Counted from the first letter of the stretch, positions 1-14,690 are shown. The stretch: 64,000 nucleotides of DNA from Octopus vulgaris (GCA_951406725.2 OX597822.1:109926001-109990000); one strand, 5' to 3'. Program-made: numbers and translations. Notes: generated by a model from the letters alone, not told the origin.

Positions 1-779
1 AAGGTTCTAACGTATGGAGCATGGTTCGCATGCTTTAATTGATAACAACAAAAATCAACGAGCCACAATCTCCGCTGGTTTGCTTGCTCGTCACCGTGCA
101 ACTCATGGACACAAGCAATGATTTCTTTACCGAATCGTTACTGGCGACGAAAAACGGTGCCTGTACATTAATATGAAGCAGCGTAAGTAATGGCTTAGCC
201 CCAGTAAACAAGCGACACCGCGCATGAAACCAGAGCTTCATCCGCGTAAAACGATGTTGTGCGTATGCTGGGACTAGGAAGGGATTATCCATTGCTAATT
301 GCTTGAACGGAACCAAACGGTCAACATGGAACTCTATGTTCAACAGATGGAACGGCTCAACACGAATATTCAAGAGAAAAGACCTAATGGGCAGCATGGA
401 GATCTGCTACACGACAACGCCCGCCATCATATCTCCAATATGACCAAGGAAGCCATTCAAATGCATGGGTGGGAAGTGCTGCCACACCCGCCGTACTCTC
501 CTGATTTGGCACCAACGGATTTCCACCGCTTTCGATCCCTTTCAAATGCAATGCGCGGAGTTTCGTTCAATAATGATGCAGAATTGAGAGCTTGGTTGGA
601 TCAATTTTTCGAGTCCAAATCTAGTGATTTCTACCAACGTGGTATTGAAAATCTTGTTGAACGCAGGGAAGAAGTTGTAAACAACAAGGGTGAATACATT
701 ATCGATTAATTATTTGTTATTTTTATTAAAGCTTTTAAAAAATTTAAATTTAAAAACACAGTTAGAACTTAGTTGCCAA

Positions 780-780
<1 letters not shown>
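1..780 (+). mobile_element. Mariner (DD34D) transposon, 3' part, inactivated; right TIR ~752-780
   Basis: VTGDEKRCLY at ~137-166; ORF 299-709 HDNARHH...HPPYSPDLAPTDF with 34 residues between the 2nd and 3rd Asp; in-frame stops upstream; TIR-like end gaacttagttgccaac abutting a (TC)n(TA)n run. Confidence 0.9.
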
Positions 781-848
<68 letters not shown>

Positions 849-851
<3 letters not shown>

Positions 852-1060
852 TGTATTTGTGTATCTGTGTTTGTTCCCATACCATCGCTTCACAACAGGT
901 ATTGGTCTGTTTACGTCCCTGTAACTTAGCGGTTCAGCAAAAGTGACCGATAGAATAAGTACTAGGCTTACAAGGAATAAGTCTTGGGGTTGATTCATTC
1001 GACTAAAGGCGGTGCTCCAGGATGACCGCATTCAAATGATTGAAAGAAGTTAAAGAAAAG
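849..1060 (+). mobile_element. SINE family A, 3' half
   Basis: Matches 6075-6278 (gtttacgtccc...gactaaaggcggtgctccag...). Confidence 0.85.
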
Positions 1061-1129
1061 AATACACACACATTTACACATACACACCCACACACACACG
1101 CACGCACACACACATGCACACACACACAC

Positions 1130-1173
<44 letters not shown>

Positions 1174-1384
1174 TTAAGGTATCACTATGATAGTTTCATT
1201 CAAAGATTCTGTTGCATTGTAACATCCTACAGCCTTGTTCGTATGAAATGCAACGTGTATCAGATATTGCAGAACACAACAGTGAACCTCTCGAATCACC
1301 AGGCGTCCTTGTATTGCTAAAAGAAAATGTTGCTCTTAACCTATCCTGTCAATCGGCACGTCACTATTTCCTCTTATACTTTTT

Positions 1385-1962
1385 TACTCTAGACACAAGG
1401 CCCGAAAATTATGGGGGGAGGGGGGGCAGTTGATTAGATCGACTCCAGTACGCAACTAGTACTTTATTTATCGACCTCTAAAGGATGAAAGGCTAAGTCG
1501 ACCTCGGCAGAATTTGAACTCAGAACGTAACGGCAGACGAAATACCTATTTCTTTACTACCCACAAGGTGCTAAACTCAGAGGAGACAAACAAGGACAGA
1601 CAAAGGGATTAAGTCGATTATATCGACCCTAGTGCGTAAATGGTACTTAATTTATCAACCCCTAATGGATGAAAGGCAAAGTCAACCATGGCAGAATTTG
1701 AACTCAGAACGTAACGGCAGACGAATTACCTATTTCTTTACTACCCACAAGGTGCTAAACACAGAGGAGACAAACAAGGACAGACAAAGGGATTACGTCG
1801 ATTATATCGACCCTAGTGCGTAAATGCTACTTAATTTATCGACCCCGTAAGGATGAAAGGCAAAGTCGACCTCGGCAGAATTTGAACTCAGATCGTAACG
1901 GCAGACGAAATACTACTAAGCATTTCACCCGGGGTGGTAAAGTTTCTGCCAGCTCACCGCTT
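1385..1962 (-). mobile_element. SINE family B (Nin/Deu-like domain), about three tandem units
   Basis: Repeated gaaaggcaaagtcgacctcggcagaatttgaactcagaacgtaacggcagacgaa at ~186-bp period; matches 14178-14438, 20027-20258, 57083-57306. Confidence 0.85.
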
Positions 1963-2307
1963 TACTATTTCCTCCTATATGATGTAGTATGGCCTGTTGG
2001 TTTGTGAGTTTCTCTATTGTGATATGCAGTATCCTGCAGACGTTGTCCTTCTTAGATACCTGCCTGTGGTACGTTACAATGAAATAAAATCTCTTAATGA
2101 AAGATGGCGGTGACAGGTGGTAATCCATTCTTTTTTTTATTGTTATTCTTTACACCACATTGAAGTTCTCTTCAACGTTGGAGACTCTTGAAGTTACAGA
2201 TCATGAAACACTAGTGGACATTCCTACATCAATAAACCCCTTCGTAAACAGGGTTGTTTAACTGCTGATTTGCTTCTAGCCATGCTCCACATTTAATTGA
2301 TCCTCTT

Positions 2308-2429
<122 letters not shown>

Positions 2430-3374
2430 CTCTATCTCTCTATCTGTCTGTCTGTCGGTCTGTCTATATATCTATCCATCTCTGTCTGTATTTATGTATG
2501 TCTCTTTGTCTCTCTTTCTCTATGTACACATATTGTGTATTGCGTGTGTGTATTGTGTGAGCGTCTGAGTGTGTGTGTGTATTTGTGTGTACCCTTAACA
2601 ATTTCCATATATTAGATGTTAATATATAATATTACACTACATATAACTGTATTATACTATGTTCAATAAGGAACGAAATATATAATATATATTACATATT
2701 AACAATAATATTATGTATTGTGTATAATACCACATATGTATTACATTACATATAACATTACATACATGGAGTATCTCTCAGATATCTGAAAGGTCTCAAC
2801 GGAATACAAAAGAGTTAAGCAAATTTTCTTTCCTTTTTTTATGTCCAACAGAAGAAAATAAAGGAAAACATTAGTGTTAATGGTTACGTTTCTGAAATAT
2901 CGCTTATCGTCTGTCAGAAAATGGAGGTGAATATTTGTAGTAGTGTTATAATACCAATGATAATGTATTATATTCATAATGTGATATAGTACTGTCAATA
3001 GACAATTCAAAGAAGTCTTACCAGTTTGAGTTTGGTTACTAAATAAATTAAACCATAAATGGAATTAAAGAGTAATATTTCGATAATGGTTAAAATATTC
3101 GTTGAATTCATACAATGTCTTACGTATCTTGGAAACAATCTAGAAATGTTACATTGTACATAATGAGAAATTTACTCATATACACGAGAACATACATACG
3201 AAACAACACACATATATACAAGGACTTACATACAACCAACAAAGACACATGCAAGTATACATACATACACATAAATGTAAACAAATATATATACATACAC
3301 AATAAATGTCTATATTCATTCATTCATTTATCATACACATCGATATACATACCTAGATTCCTATATTTATTCCT

Positions 3375-3520
3375 TTATTCTCCTACTTGTTTCAGTCATT
3401 TGACTGCGGCCATACTGGAGTAACGTCTTGAAGTATTTTAGTCGAGCAAATCCAACCCAGGAATTTTTAAAGCCTAGACCTTATTCTATCGCTCTCTTAT
3501 GCTGAATTACTAAGTTACAG
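3375..3520 (-). mobile_element. SINE family A, 3' fragment
   Basis: acttgtttcagtcatttgactgcggcc... is the reverse complement of the family A tail. Confidence 0.75.
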
Positions 3521-3699
3521 CAGCAAGTCATCCTGAGTTCTGATTGTATGTACATGTTATCTTACGTCCTTAGGCATAATATCCTCTGAATTTGATGCAC
3601 CTCTTTATATATGCATGTTTGTGTAAATGTAAGTGCATTAGACCAGAGAACACGTAAATTAATGACAATGAACAAGGAACTACTCCCCAAGAGAGATAT

Positions 3700-4728
3700 A
3701 AAGAGGAAAGAAGGAGGACGAAGAGTGGTGTGTTGTGAAGGTTGCGTAAGGGAATAGAATAGCCAGGCTTGGTATGCCAAGAAGAGTAAAGAAGAAATGA
3801 CTGAAGCAGCGAATATGCAGGGAACCTTATAAGTGAACGAAACCGTAGATCCAACACAATTTAAGAAAGGCCAGAGAGAGCAGATGAAGAAAATTTGGCA
3901 GGACAAGAAAATGCACAGTCCGTTCTTGAATAAAGATGAGATTGACTGGAATAGAACCTGGCAATGGCTGCAAAAGGGAGAATTAAAAGAGCCCACTGAG
4001 GTATTAGTGTGCAGCGCGCAAGAACAAACTCTCAGAACAAACTACTCCAAACATCACATTGATAATAGCACTGACTCACCACAGTGTAGAATGAACTCTG
4101 AAAAGGGAGAAAGCTATATTGTTAGTGAGTGCTGTAAGCTCGCATAACGCGAATACAAAACGTGACACGACAATGTGGCCAGATATAACCACTGGCTGTT
4201 GTGCAGTAAAGCAAACCTCAAGAGAGCCGAACAATGGTATGAACACAAGCCAGAGAGTGTAAAGGGAAACGAACATTACAAAATACTCTGCGATTTTAAA
4301 ATGCAGTGTGACCAAGTCGTAGACGCGATATGACCAGATATCATACTCATCCATAATGAAAAAGAAGTAAAGATAAAAGATGTTGCAATACCAGGCGATT
4401 CGAGGGAGAAATGTAAAGAAACAAAATAGATTGAAAAATACCAGCCACTGCGGTGTTATGGTGCATGAAGAAAGTAATGGTGAAACAGGTGGTAACTGGA
4501 GCATTTGGAGCAGTTTCCAAGGGCTTTGAAAAACATATTAAGAATATTGGAGCTGCTTTCAAGCTCAAGGTTATCCAGAAGACAGCATTGTTGGGTACAG
4601 CTCGCGTTCTAAGGAATGTATTGTCTCTTTGGATCACAGGAGAAGACACTACTTGAAACCTTTGGTGATTTGTTGTTGCCTGCTTTCAAGTAAAGAATAA
4701 CCGGTAATTAGGAACTAACTGAAAGGCT

Positions 4729-4798
<70 letters not shown>
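3700..4798 (+). mobile_element. R4/Dong-type non-LTR retrotransposon 3' part (CCHC finger + restriction-like endonuclease), (TAA)n tail
   Basis: W.WLQKGELKEPTEVLVCSAQEQTLRTN, CRM...YIVSECCKLA, RHDNVAR, PDI, DVAIPGD, VVTGAFGAV, IQKTALLGTARVLR; (TAA)n 4731-4798. Confidence 0.88.
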
Positions 4799-4800
<2 letters not shown>

Positions 4801-5357
4801 GCTCTGATGCAGTACCAGGCAGTGGCTCTCATGGCCTCTGATCTTAACTGATTGGAAGTGTTATCATGTACATTGCTTTGTCTTCGTATAAAAGATGGGC
4901 TACAGCAAATATTCTGCTCAATACCACAGATTTGCTTGTCAGTTGTTTGACCTTAACCAGCTGAGCATGTCCCTTAGTGGCTGACGATATGTGCATCTCT
5001 GATCACGAACAGAAGTAGTGGGGGAGCATCATAGCCATGTGTTGAGAGGGATTCTTTGGGGTTTGAATAGTTCACCTCTGGAAACATGGGTGGTTCTTTC
5101 AACATCCTTAAACAACCCTTATTCAGGGACCGTTTGAGCGGGATGGGCTACTCAACCTGAAGAAAATTCTAACTGGGCCCCACCTGCAAGGTCATGTGCT
5201 GTTTAGCTTGATATGAGATCACCATGTCGCACACATATGGTTGTGATGCATGTGCCTGGTGTACCTTTATCAGACGGGTAGTCATGATGGGTATACTGGG
5301 CTTCGTGTATTTTACGGCAGTGTCACTTTGATGGCATGAACTGCTCTCTCACTCAGT
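4799..5357 (+). repeat. ~560-bp interspersed repeat flanked by TAA runs (non-autonomous retroelement-like)
   Basis: Reverse-strand copies at 33640-34275 and 37178-37335. Confidence 0.8.
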
Positions 5358-5389
5358 AATAATAATAATAACAATAATAATGAATGATG

Positions 5390-5631
5390 AGTTATATGTG
5401 AGCAGAAATAAAGTAAAGATAAGATAAAAATTAAACAAAAATATAAAGTTTAAAGAATATATCAGATATAAAAATAAATAAAGATGTTAAAATAGAATAA
5501 ATATACAGTAAATAAAGTAGAAATAAAATAAAATAGAGCAAATAAGACAGAATGTACGAAGGTGAAATTAACTTAAATAAATCCATGTTCATGCGATTAT
5601 AGTGTGTGCCTCTATATATATATGCGTTTAA

Positions 5632-5689
<58 letters not shown>

Positions 5690-6037
5690 TAAACAAGTAT
5701 GGATGCCTTTGTTTATGTGCTCTGTGTGCGCGTGTTTATATATACATATTTCTGTGTGTGTTTTCTTCCTAACTTATTATTATTGGTACTCAAATATGCA
5801 TTCACTTTGGAGAGAGGTTAATTAATTATATATAATTTATATTTTAGACACTAACGTATTTAAATAGGCGCAGGAGTGGCTATGTGGTAAGTAGCTTGCT
5901 TACAAACCACATGGTTCCGGGTTCAGTCTCACTGCGTGTCACCTTGGGCAAATATTTTTTACTATAGCCTTGAACCGACCAAAGCCTTGTGAGTGAATTT
6001 GCTAGACGGAAACTGAAAGAAGCCCGTTATATATAAG

Positions 6038-6072
<35 letters not shown>

Positions 6073-6360
6073 TTATGTCTGTGTTTATCCCCCTCCCCCA
6101 CACAACATCGCTTTCAACCGATGCTGGTGTGTTTACGTCCCCATAACTTAGCGGTTCGGCAAAGAGACCGATGGTATAAGTACTAGGCTTACAAAGAATA
6201 AATCCCGAGATCGATTTGCTCGACTAAAGGCGGTGCTCCAGCATGGCCGCAGTCAAATGACTGAAACAAGTAAAAGAGCATACAAACGTGTTTCATACTT
6301 TTGCGATCGTGTATGTTCATGTTTCAATGTTTATACACATGGATGCATGTGTATATTATC
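5390..6360 (+). repeat. AT-rich repeat, inverted copy of 15060-15610, interrupted by a SINE
   Basis: Shared anchors gaatgtacgaaggtgaaat, caagtatggatgcctttgtttatgt, tacttttgcgatcgtgtatgttcatgtttc. Confidence 0.85.
5866..6278 (+). mobile_element. SINE family A, full length (tRNA-like head, CORE-like body, internal TA/TG microsatellite)
   Basis: A box tggctatgtgg, B box ggttcagtctc; CORE-like accttgggcaa; decayed TSD-like flanks; copies at 10208, 27231, 51311. Confidence 0.9.
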
Positions 6361-6429
6361 CATTTATGTATTAGTATGTGCGTGCGTGTGCGTATATAGA
6401 TATAAGTTATAAGTTGCTTCATTAGACTA

Positions 6430-6680
6430 TAAGCGTATATGGATATTATTGAAAGAATATTAAAGTAATTATATTGATGATTACATTTATTACTAACTAC
6501 TATATTATAGGATTGCATATTTATGCATTTAGATATATGTTGTGGTGGTGTGCATAATCTTCTTATTTGGATTTACTCTATACATTTATGATTATTACGC
6601 GGATTTATTTCGTGTATTACGCCATCAAAATTGATTTCCTTGATAGATTTATAATATTTTTCTCTAAATTAAAATATATG
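6430..6680 (+). repeat. Left arm of a diverged inverted repeat (partner 7875-8165)
   Basis: tttatgattattacg...attacgccatcaaaattga...ttgatagatttata matches the reverse complement of 7880-7990. Confidence 0.75.
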
Positions 6681-6850
6681 ATTGTGAAGTATATTTGTCA
6701 CTTAAATGTGGCTAACCCTTCAGGGTTGATGCTAATGTAGCTTGTAGCCCCAGGAAAACATCTCCTCCAGCTAGCAATTGACACACTTTCTGTGCCCTAT
6801 CAGTATTTGCAAAGGGAAGTTACTCTTCTCATCTCCAGCCTGACGTGATA

Positions 6851-6897
6851 CACACAGACCCGGGTTTCTGAGTATTGAAAACCATCATCAGAGTGTG
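6851..6897 (-). ncRNA. Minimal hammerhead-ribozyme-like motif
   Basis: Minus strand: cacact CTGATGA (weak stem II) GAAAC ccgg GTC tgtgtg. Confidence 0.6.
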
Positions 6898-7874
6898 ACA
6901 AACATCATTTGACCACGTGAAGTGGTTCCCACTTATGCACCAAAGAAAATTTAAAAATAATAAGATCTAATCATAAATTATTGAATTCTCAGAAAGAAAA
7001 TATTTTAGCTTGTTACCACTACTCAAAATTTAATTAATTAGGGGATTAATGTTAAACTGTAAATTGTTAGTATACACATGTGATCCCTACTCGGAATATG
7101 CCTTTAGAAATGAAAATTATGAATATAAATAAGATATAAAATATGTAGTAATAGTTAAAGCATATAGCATCAAAAGATTTGTAACGATTAACCTAAATAT
7201 AATATTTGAAACCCAAATAAAATGATTAAATAGATAATAAATGGTACCAAACAGAAAACTATTCTAATTTGTTGTGATTAACCTAAATATAATCTAAAAA
7301 ATTAAATAAATTCATTAAACATATAATAAATTAAACCTAACATTAAAATTACAGAAATAGTATATTAACTATGTCTTAATTTTAAAATTAGACATGAATT
7401 AAAATAATGGGAAATAACAAATATAAACAACATATAAAATATCATATTATTTTATGTCATATAATGATTGAATTTCATTTGAATAATAATAGAGGATATG
7501 AACCTTTACTATATATCGGATAATATAACTACTTTTAATCCAAGCATGAATGTTAACATGCAAAGGCATTAGAATAAATAGAAAAAAAAATAATGTAATA
7601 TATTAATGGATGCTTAAAAATAATAATTGACATTTACTAATTAACTAAATAATATTATACATTTTGATTTTAATACAAATTTAAGGAAGATATAGATTAA
7701 AATTTAAGTATAATTAGTATAACATAATATAACTGTACTTAAAACCTAACATAATTTAATTATAAATAAAATACGCTATATTATGTGAGATAATACAATA
7801 TTAAAAAATCTATTTAATAGTAGTGGTGATAATGAAATTGAGTGCAGATCCCTACTAATTAATCAGGTAACTTT

Positions 7875-8165
7875 ATACATATTAATTTAGAATCAGACAC
7901 TATAAATCTATCAATGAACTCAATTTTGATGACGTAATTCATCCAACAAATATACGTAATAATCATAAAGGTATTGAATAAGCCCAAATATTGATATTAA
8001 GTAAACCATCGCAACATATTAATATTAAGTAAACCATCGCAACATATGTCTAAATGTATAAATTTTAAATATATAATCCTATAATATAAAAACTAGTAAT
8101 ATATATAATCATGAATATAATCACTAATAATATTTCAATAATATATATATATATACGCTTAAGAA
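7875..8165 (-). repeat. Right arm of the inverted repeat (partner 6430-6680), with a ~27-bp internal tandem duplication
   Basis: See partner; tattaagtaaaccatcgcaacatat occurs twice at 7995-8047. Confidence 0.75.
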
Positions 8166-8204
8166 CTAATGAAATCACTTGAGAACGAAATATCTATAAA
8201 CGCA

Positions 8205-8262
<58 letters not shown>

Positions 8263-8439
8263 TTCAATTATATATGTATACATGTGCATACACACACATA
8301 TATATATACATATATAAGTTCAATTAAAGGTCAAAAACCTCATTAAGGAATAATAAAATCTAATGAATATACTGGTTTATTACCTATTACAAAAATTATT
8401 CAACGTTGCATTTAATATTCAACCGGGGTTTATATATAT

Positions 8440-8590
8440 TTTAAAGAAAAATAAGAAAATACATATGATTAAATTAATAATCATTTATTAATTACAAAAT
8501 TTGACATCATCTCTGAGAGCTGTATCGATTCAAAACTTTAGCAATTAATTAGAATGATTAAAAATAATTGAAAGTATTTACAAAATCCCT
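8440..8590 (-). repeat. Decayed inverted copy of the hammerhead-bearing terminal repeat at 12780-12910
   Basis: Reverse complement ttgaatcgatacagctctcagagatgatg...ttttgtaattaat vs ttgaatcgaaacagctgtcagagatgatg...ttttgtaattaat. Confidence 0.75.
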
Positions 8591-9032
8591 ACAACAACAA
8601 CAATAACTTAAAGGAAAAGATTCAATATAAATAATAATCGTATATCTACAAACTATAAGAAAAACTGATATAGAAATATAATACTTGATGAAAACAAATA
8701 TAATACTAATAACTATAGTAAAAACAAGTTCAAAAAGTTATATATAACTAATACCAAATATACCATGCACAAGAATTATAAAAAGCATGAAAAAATAAAA
8801 GATATCACACCGCATAATAGAAACACGTATAAGTATATTAAATATGATAAATATATAACAGTTAAAAACACTCCCGTAGTTAATGTTAACGATGATATAT
8901 AATAAAATGTAGATGATAATCCCTTTTGCCAAACAAATTCAGAGTAATTTAATAAAATCTATTTTTATGATTATTTGTAAAGATTTTAGTAACAATAGAT
9001 ATCATGAAATGATTAATAATAAAACTATTAAA

Positions 9033-9142
<110 letters not shown>

Positions 9143-9265
9143 TAACTGAACCATCATATCTTGCATAAATAATAAGAAATTAGACATATTCTACTTAAAT
9201 AGAAACGCTTATAATGATACTACTACTAATAATAATAACAACAACAACAATAACAACAACAACAA

Positions 9266-9319
<54 letters not shown>

Positions 9320-9409
9320 TACTAGTAGTAATAGCAACATTAATTATTTTACTTCTTCTAGTTTTAACGCATATCTAGTAGGTTTCCTCACCTATTATGC
9401 TTATTAATG

Positions 9410-9850
9410 ATAATATAACTAATAATTGTGATTGCAGGATTTAAAATAATTGCTTACTTAAGAATACACGTAGAAGAAAAAGTGTAATATATCAATGTAC
9501 TGTAACAGCTTTTGGAAATAAACATTTTTCATATCGGTGCCACGCAAAGCGAAATAAAAATAAACGCATATTCACGAATCTTTATACTTTTAGGAATAAG
9601 CATAATTGTAACTCTACCGGACTAAGTAAATTTATCTGGAAGTTAAAGGATAAGAATATACATTACGATTTAAAATAGGAGATATCAGCCTCTGCACTTT
9701 CTTATCAAGAAATGTTTTTTTTTTTTATGTTTACATGAATTTTTTTTCATCCTACCTGCAAAATTCCCTCTTTTTAACATTTCTTAGAAATTAGCGATAT
9801 AATTCTTGTCTACACATGAGAAACCTTGTTTTTTTCTAAATATAGATAAA
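9410..9850 (+). mobile_element. Penelope-like element GIY-YIG endonuclease remnant
   Basis: Manual translation across stops/frameshifts: NNCDCRI*NNCLLKNTRRRKSVIYQCTV...IGATQSEIK...FRNKHNCNSTGLSKFIWKLKDKNIHYDLK*EI...LCLHE; fits the PLE pattern CNCR..CPL..SVIY..YIG..TxLSxxIW..CxLC. Confidence 0.8.
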
Positions 9851-10207
9851 TTGATAATTAACATTTCATATTCTTTTCACTAATATATCAATATCTTATT
9901 CACCAACCCCTGTTATTATCTCTTTGATTTATTTGGTAATTTACACTTCTCATTCCCAAGAATTATTCACATATTATAGAACAACTTTGCTTCCTTCATT
10001 TTCTGGCTCTATATTCATAATAACCCCTTATTATTCCACCCCATTGTAATAATTTCTACCTGTTTATCATTACAGAGCTATCCTATTATTGTATCTTCCT
10101 ATTTAGCTTATTAATTTTATATAATTAACTATTAGTTATTTATATTTTTTTATTTATGTACCTTGCTTACTTATTTAACCATTATATGCAGTTATACTTT
10201 TATTCTT

Positions 10208-10421
10208 TTACTCTTTTACTTGTTTCAGCCATTTGACTGTGGCCATGCTGGAGCGCCGCCTTTAGTCGAGCAAATCGCTCCCAGGACTTATTCTTTGTAA
10301 GCCTAGTACTTATTCTATCCGTCTCTCTAGCCGAACCGCTAAGTTACGGGGGACGTAAACACACCAGCATCGGTTGAAAGTGACGTTGCAGGGACAAACA
10401 CAGACACACAAATATATATAT

Positions 10422-10456
<35 letters not shown>

Positions 10457-10628
10457 CATATATACGACGGGCTTCTTCCAGTTTCCGCCTACCAAATCCA
10501 CTCACAAGGCTATGGCCGGCCCGAGGATATAGTAGAAGACACTTGCCCAAGGTGCCACGAAGTGGGACTGAATCCAGAACCATGTGGTTGGTAAGCAAGC
10601 TACTTACCACACAGCCACTCCTACGCCT
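10208..10628 (-). mobile_element. SINE family A, full length
   Basis: Reverse complement of 5866-6278. Confidence 0.9.
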
Positions 10629-10831
10629 ATGTTTATTATTTTAACCCTTTATAATCTTATAAGCACATCTTATCCACATAACACCATGTACCCATCTCCC
10701 AGTATAGTAACTAAAATTAATCTTATGTAGCCAATTTATTACCTTGATTTAGTTATTTAATATTTATTTATGTATTTATTAATTATTTATTATTGATTTA
10801 TTTATCCATTTAACTATTTACTTATTGAGCT

Positions 10832-10894
<63 letters not shown>

Positions 10895-11953
10895 CTTATT
10901 AATCTTTCCCACTTATTCATAATGTCTAATTCATTTTAATTAATTTTTCTACATTGCTACCTTTATTTACCTCCCCTTGACCGAAAATTATTTACATATA
11001 TTGAACAATACATACAAACTGAAATTAATTCTCCTTGTTAATAAGTTTATTAACCCCTTTATTTATTTTATTTATTGAAAACAAGGTACAGTTCAATAAT
11101 AACTATGGCGTTTTATTTCATAAATTATACTTAAATATATTATTTTTCATTGACGAACTTCCACTTTATATTATATAGCTTTATACCTGTTACTCTTTTC
11201 TTTCCCCCTGTCTTGTTATTTACCTTTTTCTCTCCAAATTAAATTCTTATTTCCGATATCGAAGTCAACCTCATTAAAAGCAATTATTATTAAATTTTGG
11301 CGTATTGACACATTTTATACCTTTATTTGAAAACTTTGATTTACTCCCTCCATATTTTATTTTCCTCTTCACTCTCTCCTCACTCCACTCCATACTAAAT
11401 TGTTTTTTCCCTTTACCTAGGCTTACTTCATAAAACGCTATTTTCACCAATGGATTTTTGTTTTTGTTTTCATTTTTCATTTGATCGATTCAATATAAAT
11501 TTTAAGGATGTTAATCTCTTGCATATTAGAAATATATACGTATATTAAGTATACTTTTACTTATCTATTTATGTATTTATATAATTATTTACTCATTACT
11601 GTATTGGTTAAGTATTTGATTCTACCTCTGTTAAACACTATTGAACTTAATATACTCCTAAGGGTGACTATATATAATACGTAATGCATACGTTTTAACA
11701 TTAAATTTATATACCCCTAAGTCCTTATAAGTTTTAGGTTACAATATACTCTACAAATCAATTTCACACAAATTTTGAGTACGTCTTTTGCCCACAAATA
11801 ATTATATATATGACCTCGAACCCACAAGTGTAAACAAGAGAGACAGAGAAACGCAGAAACAAGGAAAATGCCACTTATATTTGGACACTATACAAATATT
11901 CTTTTTAAAAAACTTTTATTTTAATTTTTCTAAATTTAATTATTTAATCGTTA

Positions 11954-11991
11954 CAGTTGAAGATGTCTCAAAATGACTGAAACCGGTACTG
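11954..11991 (+). ncRNA. Minimal hammerhead-like motif, U3 core variant
   Basis: cag TTGAAGA t-gtc-tcaaaat-gac-t GAAAC cg GTA ctg. Confidence 0.55.
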
Positions 11992-12040
11992 AAATGTTCT
12001 TTATAAAATTATTTTAGCATTTTCTATCTTGACTTGTTTT

Positions 12041-12143
<103 letters not shown>

Positions 12144-12765
12144 CATATAAACATGTTTATATTTGCGTGATAACAAATTCTCATTTGCCTATTCACTGAT
12201 CTATTCTATATTATTTTATTTAATGCTTGTTGTACTTTTGTTTTATCTCTATACATATAAATTATGTATTATATAAAAGTATGTATTGTATATAAGGCAC
12301 TCAAAAATATATTTTTCACCTAAAAGCCTTCTTATATTTATTTTGTTCGCATATACACCTTAATTACTTCAATAATTACAAACCATTTTTATATATATTC
12401 ACCTTAAATTTTCTGTTCATTATTATTTCTTCGTTTACGGTAGCATTAATTAATATACTGCTTCATTTATAGTATTAATAACTACCCCTAATATATTACT
12501 ATCTATGTATTTATATCTATTTTCGCAATTATTTTTATGCGATACATAATTATACTTTAGAGATGTAGATGTTTTATTACCCTACCTTATTCTTTATTCT
12601 TATTTTCATTTTTATAATAATTTCGATAAACATATTACCTTCCGCACCACACCTTTGTAAGATTTATACCACGTTCTTTCAAAAAAAAAACATTTAGCTG
12701 TTAGTGGATTTGCTCGCTACACTCAACATAAAATAATATGAAAATCTATGGTATATCTTTTTCCA

Positions 12766-12846
12766 CCTCTGATGAGATTCAACTGTAAAATGTTTTGAAT
12801 TATACTAATTAATTTCTAAAGACTTGAATCGAAACAGCTGTCAGAG
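12766..12846 (+). ncRNA. Hammerhead-like motif with long stem II, probably in a Penelope terminal repeat
   Basis: CTGATGA gattcaa...ttgaatc GAAAC agct GTC ag; 7-bp stem II, palindromic stem III, only 2-bp stem I. Confidence 0.7.
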
Positions 12847-12913
12847 ATGATGATGAATTTTGTAATTAATGAATAATTATTAATCTAATTATCTCTATTT
12901 TTGTATTTCCTTC

Positions 12914-12944
<31 letters not shown>

Positions 12945-13085
12945 TATTATTTACATTTGACGGATATTTGTCCTCATTTTGATTGTTGTTAACACAACGT
13001 TGCGGCTGATATACCTCCAGCTCTCATCAGGTGTCTTGGGGAAATTTGAAACCTGGGTTCTCATTCCTAAGGTATTTTTCGATGC

Positions 13086-13168
<83 letters not shown>

Positions 13169-13239
13169 CCACTGCCTGGAATCGATCTCGGAATCTTGGA
13201 GTTAGTAGCCCGCGCTTTTAACCACTACGCCATATGCCC
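12945..13239 (-). mobile_element. tRNA-headed SINE-like element with (TAA)n body and hammerhead tail (left arm of fold-back)
   Basis: Minus strand gggcataTGGCGTAGTGGttaaaagcgcgggctactaactccaagattccgagatcgattccaggcagtg (A box, B-box-like), then (TAA)n, then acac CTGATGA gagctg..cagcc gcaac GTT gtgt (12992-13034). Confidence 0.75.
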
Positions 13240-14108
<869 letters not shown>

Positions 14109-14177
14109 CCTGTTTTTAAATGACTTGCTTCGAGAGTTGCTTTCGGTACGATGTGTTTATTCATTTTAGTAGTTTTG

Positions 14178-14438
14178 ACTGAGAACGTAAAGACAGACGA
14201 AACACCTATTTCTTTACTACCCACAAGGGGCTAAACACAGGGAGGACAAACAAGGACAGACAAACGGATTAAGACGATTGCATCGACTCCAGTGCGTAAG
14301 TGATACTTATTTAATCGACCCCGAAAGGATGAAAGGCAAAGTCGACCTCGGCGGAATTTGAACTCAGAACGTTACGGCAGACGAAATACTGCTAAGAATT
14401 TCGCCCGGCGTGCTAACGTTTCTGCCAGCTCGCCGCCT
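14178..14438 (-). mobile_element. SINE family B
   Basis: Matches 20027-20258 and the reverse complement of 57083-57306. Confidence 0.88.
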
Positions 14439-14459
14439 TGCGTGTATAGATATATATAG

Positions 14460-14690
14460 TGAGAATTTACTAAAAAAAAAATAAAATAAGACGGAGACGG
14501 TTCTGTAAACAACATACAGATGAATTTGTTTAACGCTTGGGAAGTGAGAAAGTCTTTGACGTTTCGAGCCTAGCTCTTCACAGAAATAAATAGGGAGAGA
14601 AAATAGAAAAAGGTATAGTGGCTAGCGATCTGTCATTGTAATTGCCGGACAGAGGGGTCACACAGGAAAGATAATATAGTAGTGGGGATC
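14460..14690 (-). mobile_element. Short hammerhead-bearing repeat (solo pLTR/retrozyme-like)
   Basis: Minus strand ttt ctgtga agagc-ta-ggctc GAAAC GTC aaa (14555-14586); related to 50208-50350 and 55768-55925. Confidence 0.7.

Noticed and set aside
7000-7870. AT-rich tract resembling a mitochondrial insertion
   Set aside because: No recognisable mitochondrial gene or rRNA motif; lies among Penelope-associated inverted repeats
13165-13239. tRNA-Ser(ACT)-like gene
   Set aside because: No long variable arm, poor acceptor stem, duplicated in inverted form; treated as a SINE head
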